From Promethearchaeia archaeon (GTDB lineage Archaea; Asgardarchaeota; Lokiarchaeia; Sigyniarchaeales; SOKP01): a stretch of 64,000 nt of DNA. The notes under the pieces were generated by a model that worked only from the letters and a program-made list of their open reading frames with translations, was not told the DNA's origin and did no database searches. A program made the translations under genes and the position numbers. Positions 19,940-31,030 of the stretch are shown here, piece by piece (position 1 is the stretch's first letter; each line of letters starts with the position of its first letter). The stretch covers positions 64,001 through 128,000 of the forward strand of contig JAHQWJ010000062.1 in the NCBI GenBank assembly GCA_029856125.1, written 5' to 3'.

Positions 19940-21568
19940 TTAACCAGTTAAATTTTTTGAGACATAATACCCATCAAGGTAATAACCAAGTTCATAAAAC
20001 CAGTCCCTCACACCTATACCACTTATTACCGCTAATTTTTTAGAGTTGAAATCTTCAAGAGCAATTTTTTCAGCGTTTTCCATTAGTTGTTTACCAAATC
20101 CGCGATGTTGAAGTTGCGTATTCCTAAGTGGTTTTTGATCTTTAGGAACTAATTCGCCTACGACTTTAACTTCCCTTACTACCATTGTTTTTCCATCATT
20201 CAACTCTGGTCTATGAGCGTATTCTGAAGGTCTTCTTAATCTCAAGTATGCTACGAGATAATCTTCCTTTTTATTTTCGTAAGATAGAAATATTTCTTGT
20301 CCATTAGAAGCTTCATAATCGTGACGATATAATTTAATATCTTCAAATAGATTTTCATCAAAAATTTTAGATTTTTTAGCAATTCCATATTCTCGACATC
20401 TTATGCAATTACATTTAGAATTATGTTCTTCTAATCTTTTGTGTATTAATTGTCTTAAATTACTTTTTTTACATCCGGCTTCAATTAAAAACGCAGGTAT
20501 ATCTCTCATAATTCTCTGTATTCTCACATAAGAAGGAATTTTTTGTTTTACATTTGATATTAATTCAATCAATTCATCTAATGAATATGGTGTAAATTCG
20601 CCTTCTTTCCACCAATCGTATAAGATAGTCCCTTTAATTACCACGCAAGGGTAAATTTTCAACATATCTGGGCGGTAATCGGGAGAAGAAAAAAGAACAT
20701 CAAACATTTCTATATCCTTAGAGTAGTTAGAACCGGGTAGGTTAGGCATCATATGAGCATTTATTTTCAATCCAGCGTCTTTTGCAATCCTTATAGCATC
20801 AATACTGTCTTGGGTTGTATGCCCTCTATTTACTTTTTTATACACATCGTCCAACACAGTTTGTATTCCAATTTCTACTCTAGTTGCTCCATATTTCAGC
20901 ATCATGTCTACATAAGGCTCTGTACAATAGTCAGGCCGAGTTTCAATTGTCAACCCTATCAGTCTTCTTTTTGAATTCTCCGCTAGTTTTTTGGCTGCTT
21001 CTAACGAAATAACTTTGCCCCCAATTACTCCTTCGTATGCTCCTTTAATAAATTCTTCTTGATAATCAATAGGAGTAGATAAGAAGGTTCCTCCCATACA
21101 AACTAATTCAATCTTATCTACGATATGGCCAATCGCTTCTAAATCTCTGATCCTACTGAGCACTTGCTCATAAGGATCATAATTATTATGTATAGATCTC
21201 ATCGCAGCCGGTTCATGACCAGTATACGATTGAGCTACTTTTTGATCAGGTTGGGAATCTTGTCCTGGACAATAAACACATTTTCCCGGACAAGGAAGAG
21301 GTTTTGTCATTATTGCAATGACAGACACGCCTGAAATAGTCCTTGTTATCCTCCTCTTTAAGAGTTGTGTAATAACACGTAATTCTTCTTCAGTAGCATG
21401 ATGCAGGATTTGAGCGTTCTTTATAACTTTATGGTACTTATATTTCTTTCCAAATTTTCCTTTAAGGTTTGTAATTTTATGGCGAGGAGTATTTGGATTT
21501 TTCAGTAAATATTCGATAATCTCTCTGGAGATTTTATGTTCTATTTCAGAATTTGTGAGCTCATTCAT
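19940..21568 (-). CDS. elp3: Elp3 tRNA uridine(34) acetyltransferase (radical SAM + KAT)
   Basis: CPGKCVYCPG, QSYTG.EP, GGTF, ETRPD, KIYP and QHRGFG motifs. Confidence 0.95.
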   Translation of the reverse strand: MNELTNSEIEHKISREIIEYLLKNPNTPRHKITNLKGKFGKKYKYHKVIKNAQILHHATEEELRVITQLLKRRITRTISGVSVIAIMTKPLPCPGKCVYCPGQDSQPDQKVAQSYTGHEPAAMRSIHNNYDPYEQVLSRIRDLEAIGHIVDKIELVCMGGTFLSTPIDYQEEFIKGAYEGVIGGKVISLEAAKKLAENSKRRLIGLTIETRPDYCTEPYVDMMLKYGATRVEIGIQTVLDDVYKKVNRGHTTQDSIDAIRIAKDAGLKINAHMMPNLPGSNYSKDIEMFDVLFSSPDYRPDMLKIYPCVVIKGTILYDWWKEGEFTPYSLDELIELISNVKQKIPSYVRIQRIMRDIPAFLIEAGCKKSNLRQLIHKRLEEHNSKCNCIRCREYGIAKKSKIFDENLFEDIKLYRHDYEASNGQEIFLSYENKKEDYLVAYLRLRRPSEYAHRPELNDGKTMVVREVKVVGELVPKDQKPLRNTQLQHRGFGKQLMENAEKIALEDFNSKKLAVISGIGVRDWFYELGYYLDGYYVSKNLTG

Positions 21569-21676
21569 TCTATATAGAATATTATGTGGTAAATGAAAAA
21601 AAATTTTGTATTTTTTGGATCAAATAACAATATATTCTTCTAATGTTAGATTTCGTTGGTTTAAATCAAAAATTTT

Positions 21677-22513
21677 CTATATTGAGATTTTTTTCCCAGA
21701 AAAATCTCTCTTATATTTTCCAAAATCTTCCATTTTTTCTAAAACTGCTGAAGTAAAAATGGGTCCATCATTACAAACTAATAATCCAAGGGGATCTATA
21801 ACGCATAGACCACACAATCCGCAACCACACCTCATAATTCTTTCAAGACTTGCTTGAAGTTCAATTTTATTCTCAAGACATATGTGGAGCAATTTATGCA
21901 TCATAATTTCAGGACCACAGGTAAAAACTACGGTATTTTGTAACTCCTCTCTGCTCATGCTTTTAATAAGGCTTTTAAAGATTTCTGTAGTAAAACCCTT
22001 TTCCCCGTAACTACCATCATCAGTGCAGAAATGAACTTCAAACCCTTCTTGATCGTGATAATTCATGTCGTTCTTGAACACGAGTTGTTTTTTTAACTTT
22101 GCACCAATAATTAACTTAAAATTATGCTTCAGTCTTTTTAGTTCTGAAGCGAGAAATTTAAGTGGAGCTACCCCTATTCCTCCCCCGATCAAAAAAAGAT
22201 TCTTATTCTTTTGTTGAGGAATGGTAAAGTAATTACCGATTGGACCTCTAACTCCAATATAATCGCCTATTTTAAGTTGGTGAATTGAATTAGTACATTC
22301 TCCAACATTTTGAACAGTTATCGCCCACTCATCATTATCGGAATAAGACGATATTGACATTGGAATTTCATCCACACCAGGTAACCAAATCATTAGGAAC
22401 TGTCCCGGTTTAGGTTTTATCATGTCTTGTTTTTTAAATATAATAGTTTTGACTCCATGGCACTCGTCGATGATTTTAGTTATTTTTACTGTTTTAAGCA
22501 TGTTTTTAGTCAA
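21677..22513 (-). CDS. pyrK: Dihydroorotate dehydrogenase electron transfer subunit
   Basis: PGQFLM, RGPIG, GGGIG.AP, CGPE.M and MRCGCGLCGLC...VC.DGP motifs. Confidence 0.9.
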   Translation of the reverse strand: MTKNMLKTVKITKIIDECHGVKTIIFKKQDMIKPKPGQFLMIWLPGVDEIPMSISSYSDNDEWAITVQNVGECTNSIHQLKIGDYIGVRGPIGNYFTIPQQKNKNLFLIGGGIGVAPLKFLASELKRLKHNFKLIIGAKLKKQLVFKNDMNYHDQEGFEVHFCTDDGSYGEKGFTTEIFKSLIKSMSREELQNTVVFTCGPEIMMHKLLHICLENKIELQASLERIMRCGCGLCGLCVIDPLGLLVCNDGPIFTSAVLEKMEDFGKYKRDFSGKKISI

Positions 22514-23432
22514 AATCGGGTACCTCTTGCGTTTTGTAATTATGTGCTAAACCCTTAATTTCAGAGATTGAATTGTATTCGTTTTCTTTAAGATATTTTT
22601 TTAATCCCTGATTTATTTCGGAGATAATCCCATATCCTTGATAGAGAGCAGTTCCAATTTGAACAGCAGAAGCTCCTGCCAAGAAAAATTCAATCGCATC
22701 TTCATAAGTAGATACCCCTCCGCATCCAATTATAGGGATTTTTAAAATTTTATATAGATCGTAGATTTTTTTCACAGCTATGGGATGAATTGCATTTCCT
22801 GAAAGACCTCCACTTCCATGCGATAAAACAGGTCTTTTTACGTTAATATCAATCTTCATAGCAGCAAGAGTATTAATTGCGACTACTCCATCGGCACCCC
22901 CTTTCTGTGCTGCTATAGCAATTTCGCCCATATTGGTTACATTTGGGTTTAGTTTAACAAACAGAGGGACACTTATTTTCTCTTTTATAGCTTTAACAAC
23001 TGAATAAGTTAGATTTTTATCAATACCTATGCTTGATACTTCAGCATGCGGACAAGAGATGTTAATTTCAATAGCGTTGGCCCCTGCTTTTTCTGCTTTT
23101 GAGGCAACATCAATGTAAGAATCCGTTGTATCCCCGAAAACGCTTACAATTAAAGGGAAACCGAATTTTTTAATCTCTTTAATTTCTGTAATAAAACTAT
23201 CTATTCCAGGATTTCCAAGACCTACACTATTTAAAAACGAGCCATTATGTAATTCAATGATTGAAGGGTTCTTATATCCCTTTCTTCGGACAGGACCAAT
23301 TGATTTAGTAGTAATTGCGCCAAATCCTGCGTCAATTAACCTTTTCATACTAGAGTAAGAAACACCTAAAATGCCGGAGGCTAAAATTAAAGGAGAGTTT
23401 AATTTTAACTCAGAAAGATTTAGTTCAAGCAT
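22506..23432 (-). CDS. pyrD: Dihydroorotate dehydrogenase (class 1B) catalytic subunit
   Basis: ASG, TKS, N.VGL.NPG, EINISCPH, KL.PN and GGLSG motifs. Confidence 0.95.
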   Translation of the reverse strand: MLELNLSELKLNSPLILASGILGVSYSSMKRLIDAGFGAITTKSIGPVRRKGYKNPSIIELHNGSFLNSVGLGNPGIDSFITEIKEIKKFGFPLIVSVFGDTTDSYIDVASKAEKAGANAIEINISCPHAEVSSIGIDKNLTYSVVKAIKEKISVPLFVKLNPNVTNMGEIAIAAQKGGADGVVAINTLAAMKIDINVKRPVLSHGSGGLSGNAIHPIAVKKIYDLYKILKIPIIGCGGVSTYEDAIEFFLAGASAVQIGTALYQGYGIISEINQGLKKYLKENEYNSISEIKGLAHNYKTQEVPDFD

Positions 23433-23502
23433 TACTATTATTATGTAAGAAATGATTATTATTATTATTTGAGAAATTTTACTAAAGCAAGTGTATAGGA
23501 TA

Positions 23503-24726
23503 ATGAGATGTTATATTATTGATTCTTTAATAGGGATATTTGCTATTGATGATGGAGGAAATTTCCTTAATTATAGAGATTTCTTAGACGACATTCAAAA
23601 ATCAGTAAATTTTTATAATTCATTAAATAAAGATACTCTCTCAGAAGGGTATTTAGACTTTATGAGTGAATTAAATAATTCTGGTTTTGATGATTTTGTG
23701 TTTGATAATAGAAAACTAAAAGACATAACACTGCAAGATTTAGGATATAACACTTCTTTTGAAAAATTATCTTTAGAATTTAAAAATTTTCGCTTCAATT
23801 TGAGTGAGCAATTGAAAAAAATAGGTATCACGAAAACACGAGACGAGATTCTCTTTTTCTTTAAGAAAGTTGAAGAACAACTGATTAAAGAACAAATTAG
23901 TCAATTTGGAAGTAAGGGAGATGTAGAAGTTGTTCAAATCATAGAAACTTTGGATATTCTTAAAAAATCAATAAGTTTATTCTCAAGCCGCATGAGAGAA
24001 TGGTATGGTTTACATTTTCCAGAACTAGTTGATAAAATAATAGAAGATAATGTCCTTATAGCAAAACTCATTTCAGTTTTAGGAAATCGTGATAATTTCA
24101 CCTATAATAAGCTCGATCAAGAGTTTGGTTTTAAAGAAGCAAGAATTAAAATGCTGCAGAATTTAGCATCCCAATCAATGGGAGCGGATATTGATCTTAG
24201 CATAATTAAAAAATACGCTAACGAAATTTTATCTTTGGATGACTTTACACATGAATTAGAGAAATATTTAGATTTAGTAATGGAACAAATTGCTCCAAAT
24301 CTTTTTGCTTTAGTTGGAGGCTTAATTGGAGCGAAATTAATAGCAAAAGCGGGAAGTTTAAAAAAATTAGCATTCATGCCAGCTTCAAGAATTCAACTAT
24401 TGGGGGCTGAGAAAGCTTTATATAGGTTCCTTAAAACCGGCGAAAAACGCCCAAAGCACGGATTAATTTTTCAGTGGAACCTAATACGGGGAAGTAAGCC
24501 ATGGAATAGAGGGAAGATATCTCGAGTGATATCTGGAAAAATTGGTATTTCAGCAAAAGTAGATTATTTTGGAGGAGAGTTCGTAGCCGATGTGCTTTCA
24601 AAAGCGATAAACGAAAAAATTCAAGAAATTGAGGAGAAATATCCTAAACCTCCTCTAAAAAGAAGTGAGCCCAAAACTAAGATTAGATCGAATAAAAAAC
24701 AAACAAGTAAAAAAAAAAGGAGGTAA
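23503..24726 (+). CDS. nop5: Box C/D sRNP subunit Nop5 (Nop56/58)
   Basis: REWYGLHFPEL, APNL, AGSL..LA.MPAS.IQLLGAEKA and PKHGLI motifs. ATG at 23503. Confidence 0.95.
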   Translation: MRCYIIDSLIGIFAIDDGGNFLNYRDFLDDIQKSVNFYNSLNKDTLSEGYLDFMSELNNSGFDDFVFDNRKLKDITLQDLGYNTSFEKLSLEFKNFRFNLSEQLKKIGITKTRDEILFFFKKVEEQLIKEQISQFGSKGDVEVVQIIETLDILKKSISLFSSRMREWYGLHFPELVDKIIEDNVLIAKLISVLGNRDNFTYNKLDQEFGFKEARIKMLQNLASQSMGADIDLSIIKKYANEILSLDDFTHELEKYLDLVMEQIAPNLFALVGGLIGAKLIAKAGSLKKLAFMPASRIQLLGAEKALYRFLKTGEKRPKHGLIFQWNLIRGSKPWNRGKISRVISGKIGISAKVDYFGGEFVADVLSKAINEKIQEIEEKYPKPPLKRSEPKTKIRSNKKQTSKKKRR

Positions 24727-24733
24727 AGCTAAA

Positions 24734-25423
24734 TTGAGCAACATTAATTTAAGAACCCACCCAAAATTTTCCAATGTCTATATCTCGGGGTTACCACAGA
24801 ATCCAAAACTTTATTCTAAAAACCTAATTCCAGGCAATAAAGTATATGGGGAGAGGCTAATTACTTTTAAAGGAGAGGAATATCGAGAATGGGATCCTTT
24901 TAGAAGTAAATTAGCTGCGATGATATTGGAAAAGCCTTCGTTAGAATTCTTGACGAAAGATTTAAGTTGCTTGTATTTAGGAGCATCTTCTGGAACTACA
25001 ATTTCTCATCTTTCGGACATTGTTTACAACGGAGTTATTTACGGAGTCGAATTTGCTGAACGTAGTATGAGACAATTAATTCAAAACACCTATGAAAGAA
25101 AGAATATTGTCCCATTATTAGCTAACGCTAATTTTCCAGAAAGTTATGCTAAATCTATTTTTACTCCTATCGATCTAGTCTATCAAGACATCGCTCAACC
25201 TAATCAAGCACAAATAGCCATCGAAAACTGCAATTATTATCTAAAAAATAAGGGATTTTTAATTCTCGCAATAAAATCTCAATCAATTGACAGCGTAGAA
25301 AAGTCTGAAAAAATTTATATTCAAGAAAAAAAAATTATAGAAAAAGCGGGTTATGAAATAATTGATAGCATAAACATTCATAAGTACGCTGCAAATCACA
25401 TTATTTTAACTGTTCAAAAATGA
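24734..25423 (+). CDS. flpA: Fibrillarin rRNA/tRNA 2'-O-methyltransferase
   Basis: VYGE, YREWDPFRSKLAA, LYLGASSGTTISHLSD and DIAQPNQ motifs. TTG at 24734 after GGAGGT is the likely start. Confidence 0.93.
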   Translation: MSNINLRTHPKFSNVYISGLPQNPKLYSKNLIPGNKVYGERLITFKGEEYREWDPFRSKLAAMILEKPSLEFLTKDLSCLYLGASSGTTISHLSDIVYNGVIYGVEFAERSMRQLIQNTYERKNIVPLLANANFPESYAKSIFTPIDLVYQDIAQPNQAQIAIENCNYYLKNKGFLILAIKSQSIDSVEKSEKIYIQEKKIIEKAGYEIIDSINIHKYAANHIILTVQK

Positions 25424-25462
25424 TTTAAAACAGAGGAATCATAATAGATATAATTGTAAATC

Positions 25463-26179
25463 TCATTTTACAAAATCAGTTATTTTTGTGTTAGATATTT
25501 CCTCGCTGATTATTTTTTTCGTTGTTTCCCAAGATTTTCTAGCGATCAGTGGGGCTTTTTTCTTTTCTATTATCCATTCTCTCAGAAATTCTATAGATCG
25601 CGTATCGGAGGGATACCCTGATCCAAAATCCCCGTAATTCTTTTTTAATTCTTCAATAATGCTATCTCTCGTATCTTTTGCAATTATTGAGCTAGCTGAG
25701 ACGATCGGGTATAAATCATCTGCTTTATGCTTAGATATTATTTTAGTAGGCGAATATTTAAGAAGTTTTTGGATAGATTTCCCAAACCTTGCCTCGTTCA
25801 CATCTGCAGCGTCAACATAAATAATATTGGGCTTTAACGCTTCGATAATTTCTGCCATCTTAATTTCTTCAAGTCTATTCAAAGTAATTCTTTTTTTTTC
25901 TCTCGCGTCGATTTCTTGAGCCGAAATGATGATAGTTTTATAATTGTTACATTTTTTCTTTATTATTTTAGCTAGCTCAGACCGTTTTTTGGGCGATAAT
26001 TTCTTTGAATCCTTAACTCCAATATCGTCAAGCAATGTTAACTCAGCTTCGAAAAAACACACGCCACAAATTACCATTGGTCCTAATACGGGGCCTCTCC
26101 CTGCCTCGTCAATACCACAAATAACGCCTTGGTTAAATTCCTGATTCTTGGACGAGGTCAATAAATTCCTCTTCGTCAT
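25463..26179 (-). CDS. rnhB: Ribonuclease HII
   Basis: GIDEAGRGPVLGP, KDSKKL, KADD.YP.VSASSI.AK and GSGYPSD motifs. Confidence 0.95.
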   Translation of the reverse strand: MTKRNLLTSSKNQEFNQGVICGIDEAGRGPVLGPMVICGVCFFEAELTLLDDIGVKDSKKLSPKKRSELAKIIKKKCNNYKTIIISAQEIDAREKKRITLNRLEEIKMAEIIEALKPNIIYVDAADVNEARFGKSIQKLLKYSPTKIISKHKADDLYPIVSASSIIAKDTRDSIIEELKKNYGDFGSGYPSDTRSIEFLREWIIEKKKAPLIARKSWETTKKIISEEISNTKITDFVK

Positions 26180-27143
26180 CTATTTTTTCTAAATTTCTAA
26201 TTTTAACGATAGGAACTTTAATTTTTCTTAACGAATCTGGTATTTTGATGTCGTTATTTACGATAAAGAGAGAATTTATATGAAATAATTTGTTGAACTT
26301 ATTTAAGCAATTAAGACTAAGTTCGTTAATCTTTTTATCCTCTTCTGAAACGCCCGAAAAAAGAGGATACACATTTCTTTCCTTATTATCGTCAGAAACT
26401 TTGGAATATAAGGATAATTTAAACGGAATTGGGCTATTTTTATACCAATAAGAACAAATTCCAATGTCGTCTAAAACTGCTTGAAGGTGGGTTTCAAAAG
26501 GATTACGAGCAACGCACTCCCGAGGTTCTTTCCAATCAATCTCAAATTTGAAATTCCATTCAAAAAGGTTAATTTTCCTAAAGAGATCTTTATTTTCTAG
26601 GATATTTGATAGTTTTTTAGCGACTTTTTCAGAAGGTCGCATGCTTTCATTTTCGTAAGCACATACGGTACGTTTTGTTACTCCAAGTAACTCTGATAAT
26701 TCTTTTCGTGATATCTCCTGCTTTTCTCTAATGAATTTCATAACATTCCCGTTTAAAAACATTATACCACCTCCTCTTCTCGCCAGAATGTAGGGATATA
26801 AATCGTTTTCAATTATGTTTTCTAAAGTCGCTAAAGTAATGAATGGTAGCTCGTCTCTAATATATATAGTATTGTCTTCTAATTCATTGTACCGATTTTT
26901 AATACCTATTAATAATGGTTTAGATTTTAGCAATATCGACAATGATTTAATATCGTTAACAATTTCAGCGCTTACATTATCGATGTTCGTAAAAACTTTC
27001 ACGCTAAATATAATATCGTTCTTCTTGACGAGTAAATCAAAACAAAATTTACTTTTTTTATTGCAAAAATTATCTATCCTAAACGTCTCAAAACTTGCGC
27101 TCTTTAACAAATCGTCAATTTTTTCAATTATAGTACTATTCAT
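26133..27143 (-). CDS. Archaeal HTH cro/C1-type transcriptional regulator
   Basis: CFDLL, Y.RRGG and IREKQEISRKELSELLGVTKRTVCAYE HTH motifs. Confidence 0.75.
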   Translation of the reverse strand: MNSTIIEKIDDLLKSASFETFRIDNFCNKKSKFCFDLLVKKNDIIFSVKVFTNIDNVSAEIVNDIKSLSILLKSKPLLIGIKNRYNELEDNTIYIRDELPFITLATLENIIENDLYPYILARRGGGIMFLNGNVMKFIREKQEISRKELSELLGVTKRTVCAYENESMRPSEKVAKKLSNILENKDLFRKINLFEWNFKFEIDWKEPRECVARNPFETHLQAVLDDIGICSYWYKNSPIPFKLSLYSKVSDDNKERNVYPLFSGVSEEDKKINELSLNCLNKFNKLFHINSLFIVNNDIKIPDSLRKIKVPIVKIRNLEKIDDEEEFIDLVQESGI

Positions 27144-27268
27144 TTATTCCCAAATCTAAGAAAGCTAAATAGGTTAATAAAATTTTTTTATTGTGATATA
27201 AGATTTTGGTATGATTTACTTATTCGAAAATTAAACTCTTAAACTCCGGTTTATACATATATGTTTTT

Positions 27269-27835
27269 TTATTTACTCGTAAGTTTAAGAAAATTAGAGT
27301 CTGTAATTATACCAATGAATTTTTTATCCTCTTTTACCAACACTGCCGGATAATTTATCAATAAATTTGAAATATCTTTTACGTTCCAATTTTTTTCTAC
27401 TTCTGGAAATGGCAGTTCCTTAATGTCCGTTACTTTTAGGTTTAGAATAATGGGATCGTCTGTTATGTACCCCTGAATTTTTTTAGCTGTAATACTTCCA
27501 TAATTATGATTACTCTCAATAATTGGGATTTGTGATATATTGTATTTTGTCATCAGCTCTACGGCTTCTTTCACAGTTGAATGTGGATTTATGAATATAA
27601 TTTCGGGAGTAAGAATGTCTACGGCATGTTTTATGGATCGTTTACGCGATATTCTTTCATTTTCTAAGAATTCATAAATTTGTTTAAACTTGGAGTAGGG
27701 GGGATCCATCGTCCCATTTTCTATTCTTGATATTGTAGACTGAGAAATGTTTAATTTCTCTCCCAACTCTTTTTGACTAATGTTTAAACTCTTTCGTAAC
27801 GTTTTAATTTCCAAAGGATCGGGTAATACTTCCAT
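27269..27835 (-). CDS. XRE-HTH + CBS-pair transcriptional regulator
   Basis: LRKSLNISQKELG..LNISQSTISRIENG.MDP followed by CBS motifs (ISQIPI, GIIT). Confidence 0.85.
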   Translation of the reverse strand: MEVLPDPLEIKTLRKSLNISQKELGEKLNISQSTISRIENGTMDPPYSKFKQIYEFLENERISRKRSIKHAVDILTPEIIFINPHSTVKEAVELMTKYNISQIPIIESNHNYGSITAKKIQGYITDDPIILNLKVTDIKELPFPEVEKNWNVKDISNLLINYPAVLVKEDKKFIGIITDSNFLKLTSK

Positions 27836-27988
27836 TTTAAAATCCGTAAAGCTTAATTATTATAATTTATGAGCATATTTCATGCAAAACATGCATATTA
27901 TTATCAATAATTATTTATAAATGCCATTAATTTTTAAGACACATAATTAAAATAACTATTTATATAATTCACATGGAGTTTATTTAAA

Positions 27989-29230
27989 ATGTTGAAAATT
28001 ACACAAGCGAATTTTTTACCGATCGAAAAAAGTGAATTTCCGGAAATATGCGAGCGGAAAGGCGTGGGGCACCCCGATAGTGTGTGTGACGCAGTAGCCG
28101 ATGCGTGCTCGAGAGCACTTTGTGTGTACTATTTAGAAAATTACGAAAGGGTTTATCATCATAATGTTGATAAAGCAGCATTAGTTGGAGGGACTGCTAA
28201 ACCAGAATTTGGTGGAGGCTTAATAATTCAACCACAATATTTTTTAATAGTGGGAAGAGCAATAAATCAAATCCTCACTAAGTGTGGAACTGAAAGTAAA
28301 TTAGAGTACATACCAGTTGCGACTATTTGTATTGACACCCAAAGAAAAGTTCTTGCTGAAATTTTTAGAAATCTTGACCTTAATAGAGACATTCAATTCG
28401 ATTATGCCGTCCGACCTGGATCTATAGACTTAACTGGAGTTTTTGATGACTCCCACCACACAGACGACATACCACTTTCAAATGATACGAGCTTTGGAGT
28501 GGGTTATGCACCCTATTCAGATGTAGAAAAGATAACGTTAGAAGCTGAATATTTACTCAACTCAGATAAATTCAAAAATACATGTAAAGCTTCGGGAGAA
28601 GACATTAAAGTTATGACGGAAAGACTCGGTAATAAAGTAGGAATTACTGTAGCAGCTGCTATGGTTAGCAAATACATCAATGACACCGATGAATATATTA
28701 GTTACACAAATCAAATTAAAGACGCTGTTTTAGACTTGGCGGCTAAAATCATCCCCGAACGCGAAGTCACTTGCCAAGTAAATGTGGGAGATAATGTCGA
28801 AAAAGGAATTCTTTATCTTACAATAACTGGAACTTCAGCTGAAGCTGGAGATGATGGTGAAGTAGGAAGAGGTAATCGATCGAATGGATTAATTACTCCT
28901 TGTAGACCGATGAGTTTGGAAGCAGTGTGTGGAAAAAACCCGATAAACCATGTAGGTAAGCTGTATAACATTCTAGGCACAGAATTGAGTAGAGAAATCT
29001 ATAAAAGAGGAGAAGGGGATATTTTGGAAGCACATGTAAAATTACTTTCCCAGATTGGACGCCCTATTACTGATCCGTGGGTGAATTCGATAGAACTGAT
29101 CCCTGCTGAAAATGTGAACTTTGCGAGCATTAATAAGATAGCTCAAGAAGTTTCTGAAGAGATGTTAAGCAAGGAGTATTTTATTGACTTACGGAAGCGT
29201 TTGATTGAAGGAAAAGTTCAAGTGTATTAA
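27989..29230 (+). CDS. mat: Archaeal-type S-adenosylmethionine synthetase
   Basis: [39 protein letters not shown] and [12 protein letters not shown] motifs. Confidence 0.95.
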   Translation: MLKITQANFLPIEKSEFPEICERKGVGHPDSVCDAVADACSRALCVYYLENYERVYHHNVDKAALVGGTAKPEFGGGLIIQPQYFLIVGRAINQILTKCGTESKLEYIPVATICIDTQRKVLAEIFRNLDLNRDIQFDYAVRPGSIDLTGVFDDSHHTDDIPLSNDTSFGVGYAPYSDVEKITLEAEYLLNSDKFKNTCKASGEDIKVMTERLGNKVGITVAAAMVSKYINDTDEYISYTNQIKDAVLDLAAKIIPEREVTCQVNVGDNVEKGILYLTITGTSAEAGDDGEVGRGNRSNGLITPCRPMSLEAVCGKNPINHVGKLYNILGTELSREIYKRGEGDILEAHVKLLSQIGRPITDPWVNSIELIPAENVNFASINKIAQEVSEEMLSKEYFIDLRKRLIEGKVQVY

Positions 29231-29362
29231 TTTTGAGTGTCGATCAGTTACATTTTTTTTTATTCTTTTTATATTAATTACTGAGAGCTATATTTTATGA
29301 ACAATTACTTTATTTTTATATTGAAAGAATTAAACAGTTAAAGATGATTTGGTGACACAAAA

Positions 29363-29617
29363 TTGGGATTAGATAAGTGGATAAAAACAGAAGTATCTGA
29401 AAAAAAAACTGAGAAAAAAGAAGAGGTAAGATCAACAAAAAAACCTAAAACTCAGCCAATAAAGAAGAAAAGTGAAATTGAATCAATAAATTTAACAAAA
29501 TTTGTTCTTATCTGCTCTAAACCAAAATGTAAATATAAAAAGATAATAATGAAAAAGGAATTATCTGAAAAAGATCGTATTTGCCCACGATGCAAAAACG
29601 AAATGAAAGTTCAGTAA
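29363..29617 (+). CDS. Small Lys-rich zinc-ribbon protein
   Basis: CSKPKC...CPRC. GGTG SD lies 8 nt before the TTG start. Confidence 0.6.
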   Translation: MGLDKWIKTEVSEKKTEKKEEVRSTKKPKTQPIKKKSEIESINLTKFVLICSKPKCKYKKIIMKKELSEKDRICPRCKNEMKVQ

Positions 29618-29620
29618 ATA

Positions 29621-29875
29621 CTAATTAGTAACATCTTTTTCAAGAAATTTTTTATCTGAAAGATTGTTGAGATCGAATTGTGTTTCGCAATTTGGACATC
29701 TATCTTTTGTTTTGCTGTATTTCAAGATTAAATAAAGTATAAAGCCTAATCCCATCGTTAAGATGACGGAGAAGCAAAGAATTTCGTGATACATATGTTC
29801 AAAATTCTTCCTTCTAAGAATGACATTCTGTTCGCATGTTGGGCAAAAGACTGTTTTTTTCCCCGTTATAATCAA
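29621..29875 (-). CDS. Small LITAF-like membrane-associated zinc-ribbon protein
   Basis: CPTC, then a hydrophobic stretch (ILCFSVILTMGLGFILYLIL), then RCPNC. Confidence 0.55.
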   Translation of the reverse strand: MIITGKKTVFCPTCEQNVILRRKNFEHMYHEILCFSVILTMGLGFILYLILKYSKTKDRCPNCETQFDLNNLSDKKFLEKDVTN

Positions 29876-30049
29876 CTATTTTTAGTTACTTTATATAAAT
29901 AAGTAGGTAAATTGTTATTTAATTATTTTATGGTAATTAAAAATGTTGGAGAAATCACTGAATTAAACAATCTGTTAGAATTTATTAAGTTTGAACTTTA
30001 TAAGATATATAAGTTCTTCTTAAAAAATTAAAAAAAATGAACCCATAAA

Positions 30050-31030
30050 ATGCCGATATGTTATCATTGTGGAACCGAGAACCCCGAATTGTTTAAATGT
30101 TCTAAATGTGGTCAATCTTATTGCTACTTACATCAAAATTCTATTGATCACGAATGCAATATTGTCATAGAGAGCTTGAATTTTACTCCTCATGCGGCAC
30201 CACACTTGACTCCTCAGTATGCAGCTCCATCACAAACAGCTCCGACATTTACAGAACAAAGTAGTTTAACAGAAACCATCACGCGAGGAACAACAGATGG
30301 AACTTATACATGGTATCGTCAAGAGCAAGCAGTGCCGGAAAACGCTTTTGATCCTGAATCAGGCATTGATTTTAAAGGAATATTATTGGCGCATAAATCT
30401 GAATTACTTCATTTTATAATTGGATGTACTTTAATTTTCCTGATTGGATTAATTTCATTCTATAATCAGATTATCGAGTCGGGTTATATATGGGCTCTAT
30501 TTATGCTAGCTGGTTTTTATATGACTGCATTTCTTTTCCACGAATTTGGGCATCGTCAAGTAGCAATACATTTTGGTCTTCAAACAAAATTTCGTTTACT
30601 TACATTTGGGATGCTTATAACGACTTTAAGCCTTGTTATGGGCTTAATTAGTTTAATAAGTTCATCAAGCACATTTCCAATGCTAGCTCTCCCTGGAGCA
30701 GTCGTAGTATTAGGATTAGATAAGATAAACAGGAAAACGGGATTGTGTAAAGCAGCAGGACCAATAGTTAATTTGATTTATGGTTCGATTTTATTAATTA
30801 TATCACTACTTATACCTAATACATTCTATCCTCTAAATTTTTTCATTGGTTATGCATCCTACTTCAATTTCATGCTTGGAGCTTTTAATATGATTCCTAT
30901 CGGAATATTAGATGGCCAAAATATATGGAAATGGAATAAAAAAATCTATGTCGGCTTAATAAGTTCGTTAGGTCTTATGTTAATATTGTCCCTACTTCTT
31001 ATTAATTCACCAGTAGGACTATACATCTAA
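30050..31030 (+). CDS. AN1-type zinc finger fused to M50 (site-2) intramembrane metalloprotease
   Basis: CYHC...FKCSKCGQSYCYLH....HEC, then HEFGH, AAGP..N and FNMIPIGILDG. Confidence 0.85.
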   Translation: MPICYHCGTENPELFKCSKCGQSYCYLHQNSIDHECNIVIESLNFTPHAAPHLTPQYAAPSQTAPTFTEQSSLTETITRGTTDGTYTWYRQEQAVPENAFDPESGIDFKGILLAHKSELLHFIIGCTLIFLIGLISFYNQIIESGYIWALFMLAGFYMTAFLFHEFGHRQVAIHFGLQTKFRLLTFGMLITTLSLVMGLISLISSSSTFPMLALPGAVVVLGLDKINRKTGLCKAAGPIVNLIYGSILLIISLLIPNTFYPLNFFIGYASYFNFMLGAFNMIPIGILDGQNIWKWNKKIYVGLISSLGLMLILSLLLINSPVGLYI

